From Eledone cirrhosa (taxonomy: Eukaryota), in assembly GCA_964016885.1 (NCBI GenBank), contig OZ024745.1, positions 113,150,001 to 113,214,000 of the forward strand: 64,000 bases of DNA, read 5' to 3'. The notes under the pieces are model-generated. The model was not told the DNA's origin. It saw nothing but the letters and a program-made list of their open reading frames with translations, and did not search any database. The translations under genes were made by a program, and so were the position numbers. Positions 42,010 through 55,318 of the stretch are shown here, piece after piece (position 1 is the first letter of the stretch; every line of letters starts with the position of its first letter).

Positions 42010-43072
42010 TAACAACTAGAAATTGATTAACATATAAATAAACATATGAAACAATCGCAGGGGATACTTTTTACAAGTGTGTAAGCAGACATAGCTAGGT
42101 AGGTAACTAAATAAAGTTAACTAGAACTTTTGAAAATCCAAGTATCGGCCTCCGTGGTTTACCATTCGATTAATTGGTGAAATATATTTCGCTAATGGAA
42201 TATATACAGGGAAGATTAATCATATTATAAGGTATCTATTTTTGAAGTTCTAGTTAACTTTATTTAGTTACCTACCTAGCTATGTGTGCTTAAACGCTTG
42301 TAAAAATTATCCCCTGTGATTGTTTCATATGTTTATTTATATGTTAATCAATTTCTAGTTGTTATAAAATGCTCGGACCTATTCATCAGAATCTTGGAGC
42401 TTATTTTACGGGTGATATGGCGCATGCCTTTCTGGCATGACACCCATAATTTTGATTTAGATTAAATTCACTTTGATTTATCTTAAACATTTGGATATAG
42501 ATATATAAATACGGCTCCTTAATTGTAGAGCTAACTCTGTTGAAAGGACTTGACTGTTATTTCTAGTTGTCGATAACCCTATTCACGCCACTGGGACGAA
42601 GCTGGTATGATGTGTGTATTTTTAGTAGATACAGCACGTGTTACTGGCTAGTCGCTGATTTGAACTTAATGCGTAAAAACAGATGGCTGGACTTCTTCCT
42701 TGTTGAAAATCCAAGTATCGGCCTCCGTGGTTCACCATTCGATTAATTGGTGAAATATATTTCTTTAATGGAATTTATACAGGGAAGATTATAAGGTATC
42801 TATTTTTATAAGGTATCTATTTTTGAAGTTCTAGTTAACTTTATTTAGTTACCTACCTAGCTATGTGTGCTTACACACTTGTAAAAATTAACCCCTGTGA
42901 TTGTTTCATATGTTTATTTATATGTTAATCAATTTCTAGTTGTTATAAAATACTCGGACCTATTCATTAGAATCTTGGAGCTTATTTTACGGGTGATATG
43001 GCGCATGCCTTTCTGGCATAATTTCTGGCATGATTTAGATTAAATTCATTTTGATTTATCTTAATTTTGGAT
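42010..43072 (+). mobile_element. PLE-like family P6: inverted arm plus two direct pLTR-like repeats (period ~573)
   Basis: Inverted arm 42010-42130; repeats start ~42130 and ~42703; flanked by (TA)n. Confidence 0.75.
42694..42788 (+). ncRNA. Hammerhead with U3-A8 core
   Basis: TCTTCCTTG-TTGAAAA-TCCAA...TTGGT-GAA-ATATATTTC...GGAATTTAT-A-CAGGGAAGA, 9-bp stem I. Confidence 0.8.
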
Positions 43073-43231
43073 ATATATATATATATATATATGAAGTTTC
43101 ATAAAACTGTAGTATAGTCAGCGCGATGCTGTATGCATAGATGCTGTATGCATCGCAAAAAGTCGGTTTAAGATATAACCTCATATAGAACGAAGAGTGG
43201 AAGAGATGAGAGGGATGCGAAAAGAGAGGGG

Positions 43232-43268
<37 letters not shown>

Positions 43269-43745
43269 GAGAAAAGTAGGAACGAGATCGATACCTCCAG
43301 GTGTTTCTTGCCTCGTTACTTCTTCTTCCTCCAACAAAGGCACCATTTGAATGACAGCCGGATCCCTGCTGCTGGGCCCGGGAAAACGTGCTGGATGAAA
43401 GTCCTTCATATGAAGTTCCCACCTCATTTTCACCATTATTTGAATTATTTAGGTTCGACATTTAAGTAAAGAGAAATACTGAATTTAAGGTTATACCAAC
43501 ATCAATTTTTTAATGACACCATTCCTAGATAAAGGGCAATTTATATGACACTTACTATCATTTACATATTTAGAAATGTACATATATATATATATATTTT
43601 TTTTTACGATCGACTTTCGTCAAATCGGACCGAAGAAACAATGTTCCCATTGGTCTTTCCAATTGCTAATACTATCTATCGGTCGCAAATCCAGGTAGAA
43701 GAGGCAACGTGAAATAAAGTGTCTTGCTCAAATATGTATATATAT

Positions 43746-43952
43746 GGTGGATTGGCAGTATCGGTAGAGGGTAGGACGCCATGCTTTGCAGCATAGAGTT
43801 ACGCCCCTTTATCATCTGAATTCAAATCCCGCCGAGGTTAACTTTGCCTTTCATCCTTGCGGGGTCGATAACATAAAGTACCAGTCATGGACTGGGGTGA
43901 TTTAATCGACTTTCCCCTCCCCCAAAATTGCTGGCCTTGTGCCTATATAAGA

Positions 43953-43957
<5 letters not shown>
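43746..43957 (+). mobile_element. Main SINE; its (ATT)n tail adjoins the Dong-like tandem
   Basis: Matches 22866-23083. Confidence 0.9.
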
Positions 43958-43992
<35 letters not shown>

Positions 43993-43998
43993 GTTATT

Positions 43999-44389
43999 CC
44001 TTGAATCTCAGTCATTGATGTTGGTTAACTGGAAAGTCCGTTGGAATGAATATCAAGCCACTACCTGCAGCCTCAGATATTCAGGACGTATCGGAGGGTT
44101 CTTGCTGTTCCAAGCAAGCATGCCTTTTGAAGCGTTCCAAAAAGCGTGAAGGGGCCGATTTTTTTTAACCATCCCTGGAAACTTTTGGAGATAGTCCCTA
44201 GTGCGCCTATGACAATCGGGATCACTTTGACTTCATGGCAGTTCCAAATCCTTTTCACCTCCCACTTTAGGTCCTGGTATCGGTTAATTTTCTCCCTCTC
44301 CTTCTCTTGCACTCTCGTGTCGAAAGGGCAGGCCACATCCACAATCAGACACGATCTTTTTTCTTTGTCCACAACCACCAGGTCAGGTC

Positions 44390-44390
<1 letters not shown>
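43999..44390 (-). mobile_element. R4/Dong-like 5'-truncated copy (short)
   Basis: RLE C-terminus plus 3' UTR, near identical to the full copy. (TAA)n on both sides. Confidence 0.93.
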
Positions 44391-44423
<33 letters not shown>

Positions 44424-44435
44424 GTTATTGTTATT

Positions 44436-45845
44436 CCTTGAATCTCAGTCATTGATGTTGGTTAACTGGAAAGTCCGTTGGATTGAATATCAAGCCACTA
44501 CCTGCAGCCTCAGATATTCAGGACGTATCGGAGGGTTCTTGCTGTTCCAAGCAAGCATGCCTTTTGAAGCGTTCCAAAAAGCGTGAAGGGGCCGATTTTC
44601 TTTAACCATCCCTGGAAACCTTTGGAGATAGTCCCCAGTGCGCCTATGACAATCGGGATCACTTTGACTTCATGGCAGTTCCAAATCCTTTTCACCTCCC
44701 ACTTTAGGTCCTGGTGTCGGTTAATTTTCTCCCTCTCCTTCTCTTGCACTCTCGTGTCGAACGGGCAGGCCACATCCACAATCAGGCACGATCTTTTTTC
44801 TTTGTCCACAACCACCAGGTCAGGTCTATTGTGTTCCAGTTTTTTGTCCGTCTGTATCCTAAAATCCCACAGCACCTTCACCTGACTGTTCTCCATCACC
44901 GCCTCTGGCCTATGCTCATACCATTTCTCAGAATGTGGTAGATTGTTTACTTTGCACAGGTGCCAGTGGATCACCCTGCCCATCACATCGTGTTTCCAGC
45001 CCTTATAGTGGGTCTGGGCTAGGTGTTTACACTCGGACACAATGTGAGCCACAGTCTCCTCTCTCTCTCCACAGATCCTGCACAGTGGGCTAGCCTCCTC
45101 CTTGTAGATATGGTGCTTCAACCACTTCGTTTTGAGGGCCTGCTCCTGCGCAGCCATTAGCATTCCTTCTGTAGCCTGTTTGAGGTCTCCTCTTCTCAAC
45201 CAGTTCCATGTCTGTGGATCTCTAAATTCAGTTTTCTCAAAGAAGGTACTATGAAGGGATTTTCCCTTAAGGCTGCTCTTCCTCCTTGATGTTATTTCCT
45301 CCTTGGATATCCCCTGGCCTACTGTCCCCTCCTTCAGTACAGTTCTGAGCATTGGCTCCTTACTATAGGTCACGTGTTTGTATAGGTTGTTTTTCTCCAT
45401 CTGAACACAGTCCTCTATGCTGATAAGACCTCTTCCACCCTCAGATCTCCTTAGGTAGAGTCTATCGACATCACTCCTCTTGTGGAACATGTTGTAGATA
45501 GTCAATAGCTTCCTAGTCTTCCTATCCATTTCTTTTTGTTCAGCAACATTCCATCTCAGAATTCCAGCACTGTACCTAATAATAGACACAGCTCGGGAAT
45601 TTACTGCGCTTATGGCATTTCTGCTGTTCAGATGTGACTTCAATACGCTCCTTACTCTCCGAATGTGTTCAGTTCTTAACAATTCCTTCATTTTTTTGTT
45701 CTTTATGCCATCAGCCTCAGGAACGCCCAAATACTTGTATCCTTCCTCAGAGTCAATTTCCTTTATCATCTCACCTGTTGGTATCTGGATCCCGTTACTT
45801 CTGCTCAACCTACCCCTCCTCATCACAATGACTCCACATTTACCA
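44436..45845 (-). mobile_element. R4/Dong-like 5'-truncated copy (1.4 kb)
   Basis: Open frame from the end of RT through CCHC and RLE. (TAA)n on both sides. Confidence 0.93.
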
Positions 45846-45896
<51 letters not shown>

Positions 45897-45897
<1 letters not shown>

Positions 45898-48800
45898 CTT
45901 GAATCTCAGTCATTGATGTTGGTTAACTGGAAAGTCCGTTGGATTGAATATCAAGCCACTACCTGCAGCCTCAGATATTCAGGACGTATCGGAGGGTTCT
46001 TGCCGTTCCAAGCAAGCATGCCTTTTGAAGCGTTCCAAAAAGCGTGAAGGGGCCGATTTTCTTTAACCATCCCTGGAAACCTTTGGAGATAGTCCCCAGT
46101 GCGCCTATGACAATCGGGATCACTTTGACTTCATGGCAGTTCCAAATCCTTTTCACCTCCCACTTTAGGTCCTGGTATCGGTTAATTTTCTCCTTCTCCT
46201 TCTCTTGCACTCTCGTGTCGAACGGGCAGGCCACATCCACAATCAGGCACGATCTTTTTTCTTTGTCCACAACCACCAGGTCAGGTCTATTGTGTTCCAG
46301 TTTTTTGTCCGTCTGTATCCTAAAATCCCACAGCACCTTCACCTGACTGTTCTCCATCACCGCCTCTGGCCTATGCTCATACCATTTCTCAGAATGTGGT
46401 AGATTGTTTGCTTTGCACAGGTGCCAGTGGATCACCCTGCCCATCACATCGTGTCTCCAGCCCTTATAGTGGGTCTGGGCTAGGTGTTTACACTCGGACA
46501 CAATGTGAGCCACAGTCTCCTCTCTCTCTCCACAGATCCTGCACAGTGGGCTAGCCTCCTCCTTGTAGATATGGTGCTTCAACCACTTCGTTTTGAGGGC
46601 CTGCTCCTGCGCAGCCATTAGCATTCCTTCTGTAGCCTTTTTGAGGTCTCCTCTTCTCAACCAGTTCCATGTCTGTGGATCTCTAAATTCAGTTTTCTCA
46701 AAGAAGGTACTATGAAGGGATTTTCCCTTAAGGCTGCTCTTCCTCCTTGATGTTATTTCCTCCTTGGGTATCCCCTGGCCTACTGTCCCCTCCTTCAGTA
46801 CAGCTCTGAGCATTGGCTCCTTACTATAGGTCACGTATTTGTATAGGTTGTTTTTCTCCATCTGAACACAGTCCTCTATGCTGATAAGCCCTCTTCCACC
46901 CTCAGATCTCCTTAGGTAGAGTCTATCGACATCACTCCTCTTGTGGAACATGTTGTAGATAGTCAATAGCTTCCTAGTCTTCCTATCCATTTCTTTTTGT
47001 TCAGCAACATTCCATCTCAGAATTCCCGCACTGTACCTAATAATAGACACAGCTCGGGAATTTACTGCGCTTATGGCATTTCTGCTGTTCAGATGTGACT
47101 TCAATACGCTCCTTACTCTCCGAATGTATTCAGTTCTTAACAATTCCTTCATTTTTTTTGTTCTTTATGCCATCAGCCTCCAGAACGCCCAAATACTTGT
47201 ATCCTTCCTCAGAGTCAATTTCCTTTATCATCTCACCTGTTGGTATCTGGATCCCGTTACTTCTGCTCAACCTACCCCTCCTCATCACAATGACTCCACA
47301 TTTACCAATACCAAACTGCATACATATATCACTGCTGAAAATACGGACAGTGTCAACAAGCACATCCAACTCCTTCTCACTTTTCCCGAAGAGCTTAAGA
47401 TCGTCCATGAAGAGGAGGTGATTGATGGTAAGCTCTCCCCTTCCCAACTTGTATCCTGCTCTCACTTTTCGCAGCATAATGGTCAAGGGCATCAGGGCAA
47501 GGACAAACAACAGAGGGGACAGGCTATCTCCCTGGAAGATACCTCTCTTGATCTTCACGCTTCCCAAGGATACTCCAGTTGATGTCAACTCTGTCTCCCA
47601 GGACCCCATACTCCTGCCCAGCAACTGTCTGATGTTATCTGCCACCCTGAAGATCTCCAGGCTTTTGGTGATCCAGGAATGAGGCACCATGTCAAATGCC
47701 TTTCTGTAGTCTATCCATCCCATGGCAAGATCAGTGTGTCTCCTCCTGCAATTCCCCATTACCATCTTATCAATAAGCAACTGGTCCTTTGTACCACGTG
47801 ACTTCTTTCGGCATCCTTTCTGTTCGTCCGGCAACAAGTTGTTTGTGTGGAGGTGATGGTAGATTTCCTCAGACACAATGCTCGTCAACAGTTTCCACAT
47901 TACGGGCAGACATGTGATAGGTCTATAGTTGGTAACATCATTACCCTTGATTCGGTCTTTCATTATCAGAACTGTGGTACCTTTTGTCAACCACTCTGGC
48001 ACCTCACCCGACACCAAGCAGTCATTGAACATGGCCGTCAGCTTCGGGTGGAGGGATGTTAAATGTTTAATCCAATACCCCTGCACACCATCTGGGCCTG
48101 GTGATTTCCAGTTGGTTAGTTTTTTGGCTTGCCCCTTAAGAGTTTCAACTGTGATACTCAAATCAGTCTGTTGCTGTGCCTGCTCACCGATCTCCCTCTG
48201 TACTGTCTCAATCCACCCTGCCTGGGCATTGTGTCTAACATCCTGCTCCCATATTCCTCTCCAGAATGTTTTAGCTTGTTCCGCCCCAGGGATCAAGTCG
48301 TTGCCTCTTTCTTTCCCCTCAAGCTGTCCAAACAGCATCTTCTGGTTGTTGTCGAACATGCGGTTCTGTTTATACTGACTGACTCTGTTCTCGTATCGCC
48401 TGATTTTGGCACTCTTTGCTACAATGCGTTGCTTCAATTCCTCTATGATAATATTTAGCTTTTTACTCCTAGTTTTGTATTTTATTTCCAGTCTATTTTT
48501 AGTGCCTATGTTTTTTAGTGTCCCATTCAGTAGTGACTCAAGCTTTCCTATGTCATTTCTCATTTCCCCGATTTGCCCACTCAGTCGCTTCTTCCACCAC
48601 GGCTCTGCTCTTTCTTGTCTGTTGTTTCCTCTCGCTTTTATACCAAGTAGTTTCCTCACCGTATTTGCTGTTGCTTTGAGGATATTGTTGCACTGGTGAA
48701 GACTCCTCGCCTCAAGGTATGGGATGACTTTGTTTACCTTAGCTGTTGTTTCTTTTAACTTTTTCCTGTCTACAAATCTTAGGTTCATAGGTCTCCCACT

Positions 48801-49479
48801 ATCATTGTTCAACTCATCTACCACTAAATTTAGGATGTCAACCGAATCTTGTCCTAGCCCGTCAGCATTCATCTCCTCAGTGGCCGTATCTCTGTTCCAG
48901 GTATTATTTATCTCAGTATTCAGATCATTGTCTGCTTCGGGTGGTTCCTCCGTTCTCAGGACCTCCTCACCTTCATTTCCCGCCGGCTCGCTTGTCTGGC
49001 ATACTACACCCGCCATCTCCAAGCCATTCTCTCTGCTCAGTTCCTCCAGTTCCAGCTCGCTTATCCACCCATTAGTTCTTATTACCCGAGCCTGCCCGGC
49101 CAATTTTTGTTCATCTAATTTAAATAAACCAATCTCGTTCCAGATGTTATGCATCCGTCTCCTGTAGCCCCTCTCCTTGGGGTTACTTTTCAGGTAGCAT
49201 TGCATAACAGTTCTATTCAATTCTTTCGTCCAGTTGGTTCTGGCCCCTTTCCTTCTTCTTCTTCCTCCAACATCAGCAGTATTTGGTTGACAGTCAGGTT
49301 CCTGCTGCTGAGCCAGGGGGCACCTGTTGGGTGAGAGTCTGTCACATGACGTTCTAGTCTCCATTTCACCGTTATTCGAACTGTTTATGTTCGATATTTA
49401 AACACTCTTATCGAGGATTGGCGAATGTATGTTTACATAGCCATCTGTGGATCCGCCATCCCACTTGGCCCTTGTGTGG

Positions 49480-49480
<1 letters not shown>
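45897..49480 (-). mobile_element. Near full-length R4/Dong-like RLE non-LTR retrotransposon in (TAA)n
   Basis: 3.6 kb with short UTRs. (TAA)n flanks at 45846-45896 and 49481-49547. Confidence 0.93.
45971..49364 (-). CDS. RT plus CCHC plus restriction-like endonuclease polyprotein (~1130 aa), split by one frameshift at ~47155
   Basis: SPGPDG, QKGCRK, IDYRKAFDMVPH, RGIFQGDSLSPLLF, FMDDLKL, CRICGEREETVAHIVSEC, RHD, RPDLVV...IVDVACP...KINRY. Confidence 0.93.
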
Positions 49481-49547
<67 letters not shown>

Positions 49548-49548
<1 letters not shown>

Positions 49549-49733
49549 GGGCGGTGGATTGGCAGTATCGGTAGAGGGTCGGACGCCATGCTTTGACGCA
49601 TAGAGTTACGGTCCTTGCCATTCTGAGTTCAAATCCCGCCGAGGTTAACTTTGCCTTTCATCCTTACGGGGTCGATAAAATAAAGTACCAGTAATGCACT
49701 GGTTTTGCTGGCCTTGTGCCAAAAGTAGAAACA
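49548..49733 (+). mobile_element. Main octopus-type tRNA-derived SINE
   Basis: A-box-like TGGCAGTATCGG, B box GAGTTCAAATCC, CORE-like GCCTTTCATCCTTACGGGGTCGATAAAATAAAGTACCAG, (ATT)n tail. About 12 copies or fragments in the window. Confidence 0.9.
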
Positions 49734-50277
49734 ATTATTATTATTATTATCGATTTCCTTCATAAGATTCACATTAAATATTTGATACAAATATTTCCTC
49801 TTGAACCAAAACAACAGACTCCAAATCTAACTATCAAAAGGTCCATTTTTGTTAAGATCTAAAAGAAAAAAGAAAAACAAAACAAAACAAAGATTAACAT
49901 AACAAAAAAAAAAAACAGAAAAAAGCGACAAATACGTATTTACTGCAATCACTTGAATTATTGATCCCAGTTGCTTGGAAACATTATTGAATAGTAATTT
50001 ATTATGACAGAAGTGATATTTTTACCTTACAGTAAGATATCATTCATATGGTTATTCTCCATATCGATCAAAATATTCTTCTATCAAATGACAAAGAGTA
50101 GATTCCGCACTTAACTTTGCTGACAATATCAAAAGAAAATTTCCTTCCTTTGGCTAGAAAGAAAATTGAATTAAAAATTCTGGAATTGTATTTCTAAATA
50201 TATATGTATTTCTACCTCGCAGTGTCTTCGATTTTTTCATTTTTCTGCTCTGCTCCTCTCTTTCTCTCTCTCCCTCT

Positions 50278-50310
<33 letters not shown>

Positions 50311-50394
50311 CACACGCACGCACACACACACACTCACACACACACACACACACACACATACATATACACACACACATATATATATATATATGTA

Positions 50395-50947
50395 GAGGTT
50401 ATATTTAATTTGTTGGGACACAACAAGCTAAAATATTTTTATAACTGATATAAAGCACTCAAAAAATTATTGGAGTAAATATGCAATATATTAACAAATG
50501 GAAACTATATTTATAAAACCATATTTATTTCATTATACATATTTCAAGGGCCACCAAGGCAGATTATGGTGCGCTTTCATCAGATAAAATATAATTGTTT
50601 CTACTTTTTGGCACAAGGCCACCAAATACCCAGTATATTACTGGTACTTTATTTTATCGACCCCGTAAGGATGAAAGGCAAAGTTAACCTCGACGGGATT
50701 TGAACTCAGAATGGCAAGGACCGTAACTCAATGCGTAAAAGCCCACTACCGATACTGCCAATATCCAGGAAGCTCCAACCGTTAAGGTTGCATTTTTTCA
50801 CGGTATGTCAATATTTATTTATAAAACTAATCTGTATTATATTTTATCTGATGAAAGCGCACCATAATCTGCCTTGGTGGCACTTGAAATATGTATAATG
50901 AAATAAATATGGTTTTATAAATATAGTTTCCATTTGTTAATATATTG
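50395..50947. mobile_element. P3 fold-back with HHRs 50527-50590 (minus) and 50841-50904 (plus), interrupted by a SINE (50594-50760)
   Basis: Homologous to 16527-16935. Confidence 0.85.
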
Positions 50948-50952
50948 TCTAC

Positions 50953-50995
<43 letters not shown>

Positions 50996-51029
50996 CACAC
51001 GCACACTCATATGTATGTATTTATTTATG

Positions 51030-51095
<66 letters not shown>

Positions 51096-51206
51096 AATAA
51101 ATACATACATATGAGTGTGCGTGTGTTAATACTCCCTATTATTTCAAGGGTTAAACGTTATATTTCTTCATTGTACTGTGTCATTTGCTTTGATATTTCT
51201 GTTTAC

Positions 51207-51264
<58 letters not shown>

Positions 51265-51299
51265 AACACACCTATATATATATATATATATACACATAT

Positions 51300-51650
51300 T
51301 TATTAAAATAACAGATTAAAGTTTAAGCAAAGAATCGCTGCGTTCACCCTTAACGGGATCTTCTGAAACTAACAAAGTCAATCTGTGAACGCAGAAGTGA
51401 ATATTTCAAAAAACGTTGCAACCGGAGGAAGACAGGAAGACGATACTTTGGTTCGTGGAAACGTTCCCTATGCAAATAAGTAATGGTATTTCAGAAGATC
51501 CCGTTAAGGGTGAAAGCAGCGATTCTTTGCTTAAACTTTAATCTGTTATTTTAATAAATTTTTGCTCTACGGTTCTTATATATTTGATATATATTTATCC
51601 TTATCGAGCCCTCTTTGGATTTTAGTCTTCAAATTTATTATTATTACTAT
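51300..51650. mobile_element. P4 fold-back with CAGAAGA-core HHRs (51320-51370 minus, 51488-51536 plus)
   Basis: (G/A)TTT-CAGAAGA-TCCC gttaa GGGT-GAA-AGCA gcgattctt TGCT-T-AAAC. Confidence 0.75.
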
Positions 51651-51663
51651 ATATATATATAGG

Positions 51664-52087
51664 AAATCGGACCGAGGGAACAATGTTTCCGTTGGTCTTT
51701 CCAATTGCTAATACTAACTATCGGTCGCAACTCCAGGTAGAAGGAGCAACGTGAAATAAAGTGTCTTGCTCAAGGACATAACGCATCGCCTGGTCCAGGA
51801 ATCGAACTCACAACCATACGATTGCGAATCCAATTCTCTAACCACTCAGCCCCACGCCTTCACTCAGCCACAAGGCGTGTAGCTGAGTGGTTAGAGAATT
51901 GGATTCGCAATCATAATGTTGTGAGTTCGATTCCTGGACCAGGCGATGCATTATGTCCTTGAACAAGACACTTTATTTCACGTTGCTCCTTCTACCTGGA
52001 GTTGCGACCGATAGATAGTATTAGCAATTGGAAAGACCAACGGAAACATTGTTCCCTCGGTCCGATTTGACGAAAGTCGATCGTTCC

Positions 52088-52092
<5 letters not shown>
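51664..52092. mobile_element. Head-to-head pair of a second tRNA-derived SINE in (TA)n (fragment also at 43605-43733)
   Basis: A box TAGCTGAGTGG, B box GTTCGATTCC. Arms 51664-51860 (minus) and 51872-52092 (plus). Confidence 0.85.
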
Positions 52093-52148
<56 letters not shown>

Positions 52149-52504
52149 AGCTGTTATTTAGTGCCTCTTAGGTTCGTATGGAGATGGATGAGAGATGTCA
52201 TCAGACCAGAAACCTGGCCCAAATGTTTGTAATAGAATGAACCTCAGTAAACAGTCCCAATGCAACGTTAAATGTGTTAACTGACTACGTGTGTCACCCA
52301 AGTAGGCTACACCTTACTTGAACTAAGAACGAACATAGCCAGAAGAGATACCGCAAAGCACCTCCTTCCACTCCGCCGATTCAAGCAATCCAAGTCTCTG
52401 GAAAGTACTTTATTCTATCATTCATGAAAAGTTGAAAGGCAAACCAATCATGGTGGTATATTAATTCAAATGCCACCACACATACACATACATAACACAC
52501 ATAC

Positions 52505-52546
<42 letters not shown>

Positions 52547-52548
<2 letters not shown>

Positions 52549-53073
52549 TAGCAGTGGTACACGGTGTTGCACTGGATAAGGTATTTTGAACGCGGGCCGC
52601 CAACAGACCTAATCGTGGAAAAACTGCAGGCCTGTACAATATGTAAAGAAAATAAACCGAATATTCTGATGGTTGGATAATCTTTAAGATTTTCATCGAT
52701 GAAGCAGGAAAAATGCAGGTTTTCACCTAATGCAGGCCCTAGGGGATCAAGAAAATGATTTTTTTTAATGTGCATAATATGCCTTGAAATTTCGGGAAAA
52801 TCGGCTAGACGTAACGCCTCAAAAAACCCCTAAGAAGCTGAAAAAATGAAGTTTTTCACCTAATGCGGGCCGTAGGCCATAAAAAAGTTGGATTTTCTTT
52901 GAAGAGACTGACTAATACATAGTTACAATTTCAAGGAATTCGATCTGACGTAACGCCTGAAAAAATAGTAATAAGTAATACATATGTAAAGTTTAAAAAA
53001 AATCGGTTGGGTACTTCTCGAGCTTTAGGGATTCAAACTCACAGACACACACACACACAGACAGACAACTTCA

Positions 53074-53080
<7 letters not shown>
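52547..53080 (-). mobile_element. Helitron/Helentron-like non-autonomous element
   Basis: Minus strand ends in hairpin CCAGTGCAACACCGTG plus CTAG. Internal sub-repeats. Other end shared with 10850-10925. Confidence 0.6.
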
Positions 53081-53149
<69 letters not shown>

Positions 53150-53153
<4 letters not shown>

Positions 53154-53470
53154 CAAAAATAAATGGAGGAGAAGGCAATACATTTAAATACAATATACAA
53201 TTGCAATATAACAGGTCTATACCTGTTATATTGTAATTGTACCTTAGATGAAACACCATGTAAGGATTAAATCTCGTTTTTAAATACATTGCATTCTCCT
53301 CCATTTATTTTTGCTTATACCTGCTCTGCTTACCTTCTGAGCTTAACTCTCATTAAATATTAACCTCAATATAATATTTAACATTGCATCTCTAAGTATT
53401 GAGCTTAGGCATCTAATATATTATATCATAGTTCTTTCTCTTCTACGTCTATGATATATGTCTCTTTCTT
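53150..53470. mobile_element. PLE-like fold-back 3' end
   Basis: Inverted arms AAGCAAAAATAAATGGAGGAGAA and TTCTCCTCCATTTATTTTTGCTT. HHR 3' half GAA-ACACCATGT-A. Flanked by (TA)n. Confidence 0.55.
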
Positions 53471-55119
53471 ATATATATATATAGATAGATAGATATATAT
53501 GTAGATATTTATATATATATGCATATTAATTCGCAAACATTGATATCAAATTCAAATGGCCACGAACAAGAAGTTTCATTTCCTGAACAACACCGGGTAT
53601 AGTTCTGGTATATATATATATAGAAAACATGGGGCATGTGAGTAAATATAAATGATATATAGAAAGAAATCTGAGGATATCTGAAGTTAAAAATAACCAT
53701 TTACCTATTTTGCTGTCAATACCGTTGACAAAGAAAGACCGAAACGGAAGAACGTTAATGTTTCCAAATACAAAATTCAGAAGATTATTGATTAAATTAT
53801 TGTCAAAGTTGTGTTTGTTGTCATTTTTTCCAAATTCGGAATCAGTCGCCAGTTGTATATAATTTAAAGAAGAACTATGTGTGTATGTATCAATGCATTT
53901 AGGTACGTATATGTAAGTATGTTTAAGCATAAATAGCATGAATGTATATTAAATTTTGTGAGACATAAATATTCAAATATTTAGATATAAATAACTGTTT
54001 AGGATGTATATTATAGGTGAAAGTATGATACAATAGAATCATAAATATTTAGATTGAAAGTAATTGTTGAATGAGTTATAGTATTGTTAGTTTTGAGTTA
54101 CTAGTGTTCTGCAAGTGTTTTGTTTTAATTTTCGGAGTTCTTTTCCTTGTCTCTATGAACATATTGTCATTACGCTAATGACATTTATTTCATTAGAAAC
54201 TTAATTGATTAAGCATTCGTTTCACAATAGTATGGGTGGTGCTACGAAATTTTCAGGAGAGTTGGACAGCACATGATCTTCAGAGAAGACCCCCTCCACA
54301 AGCAAGTGTTTCAGCCCTTAACTTAGAGAATGTTAGCTAATGAACACATATATCAGTATGATAGCCAACAATAAACTATTTATTCATCATACAGAAGGTA
54401 CGATTGAGGTACATTCCAATGTCCATATTGTAAATTGCCTAATCACGAATATCTATATACTATCAAACTAATTCTAAGGTTTGGTGAGTGCTGCTTAGAT
54501 AATATTTTGCAGAGATCTAAGAACGAAAGTTACTTAGAGTTATCAATGGTAATAGAAAACATTAGGCTAACTCCACCCTGTCTTTACTATCATGACAAAT
54601 TTAACTTTATTTGGTTGGAAATAACTTTTGACTCACAAAATAAATTATGTTAGCAAAAGTACAACTATAACTGGTTGAATAACCCACTTAACTACAGGCT
54701 AGACACAGATATTTGATGACTCCAATGAACAATTGGCAGAATATCAGTTTAAACGTGAACTTCTAAACATTACGCTGTATTCTATCGTAGATATTTATGT
54801 CTTGTTTAATTACGTTACCAAAATGTATGCGTGCCATGTAGATTAGAATGTCTGTTTCTATCTATATCTATATTCTCGACGACATGTATAGCGTTGTAAT
54901 AGCAATATTATTTCGTATACGAAACCATTGGTGTAGTTCTTCTCCGAGGAGGCGACAGGAATAATTGAAATGAGGGCAAAAAAATAATCTCTTAAATTTT
55001 CATGCGGACAGAGAAATAAATAAAAGTGTTTGTAATTTACAGTTCATTTTTTTCCCAGTTATGGCTTCAAATTCAAACAAAAACACTGTGCCTATGTCTA
55101 CCGTAGATTTACTATATAT

Positions 55120-55163
<44 letters not shown>

Positions 55164-55318
55164 TGTGTGTGTGTGTGTGTGGGTAGTACGATGAAATACT
55201 GGTGTTGGTACTACCAAATCAAGCGCTCCATTCACAGACAGGGTGTATATAATAGAAAAAAAACGAGGAAGGTTCGTTTACATACGAAACATATTAAAAA
55301 TATTTATTGCGTATCGAC

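Noticed and set aside
49400-49480. Possible HDV-like ribozyme at the 5' end of the Dong-like element
   Set aside because: Local GCCA/TGGC and CCAC/GTGG pairings exist, but I could not build the P1-P1.1-P3-P2 double pseudoknot by eye.
49548-49640. tRNA genes
   Set aside because: The A/B boxes belong to SINE heads and no complete cloverleaf is evident.
53509-53939. Possible two-exon minus-strand gene fragment
   Set aside because: Donor and acceptor phases do not join into an open frame, and there is no recognisable domain.
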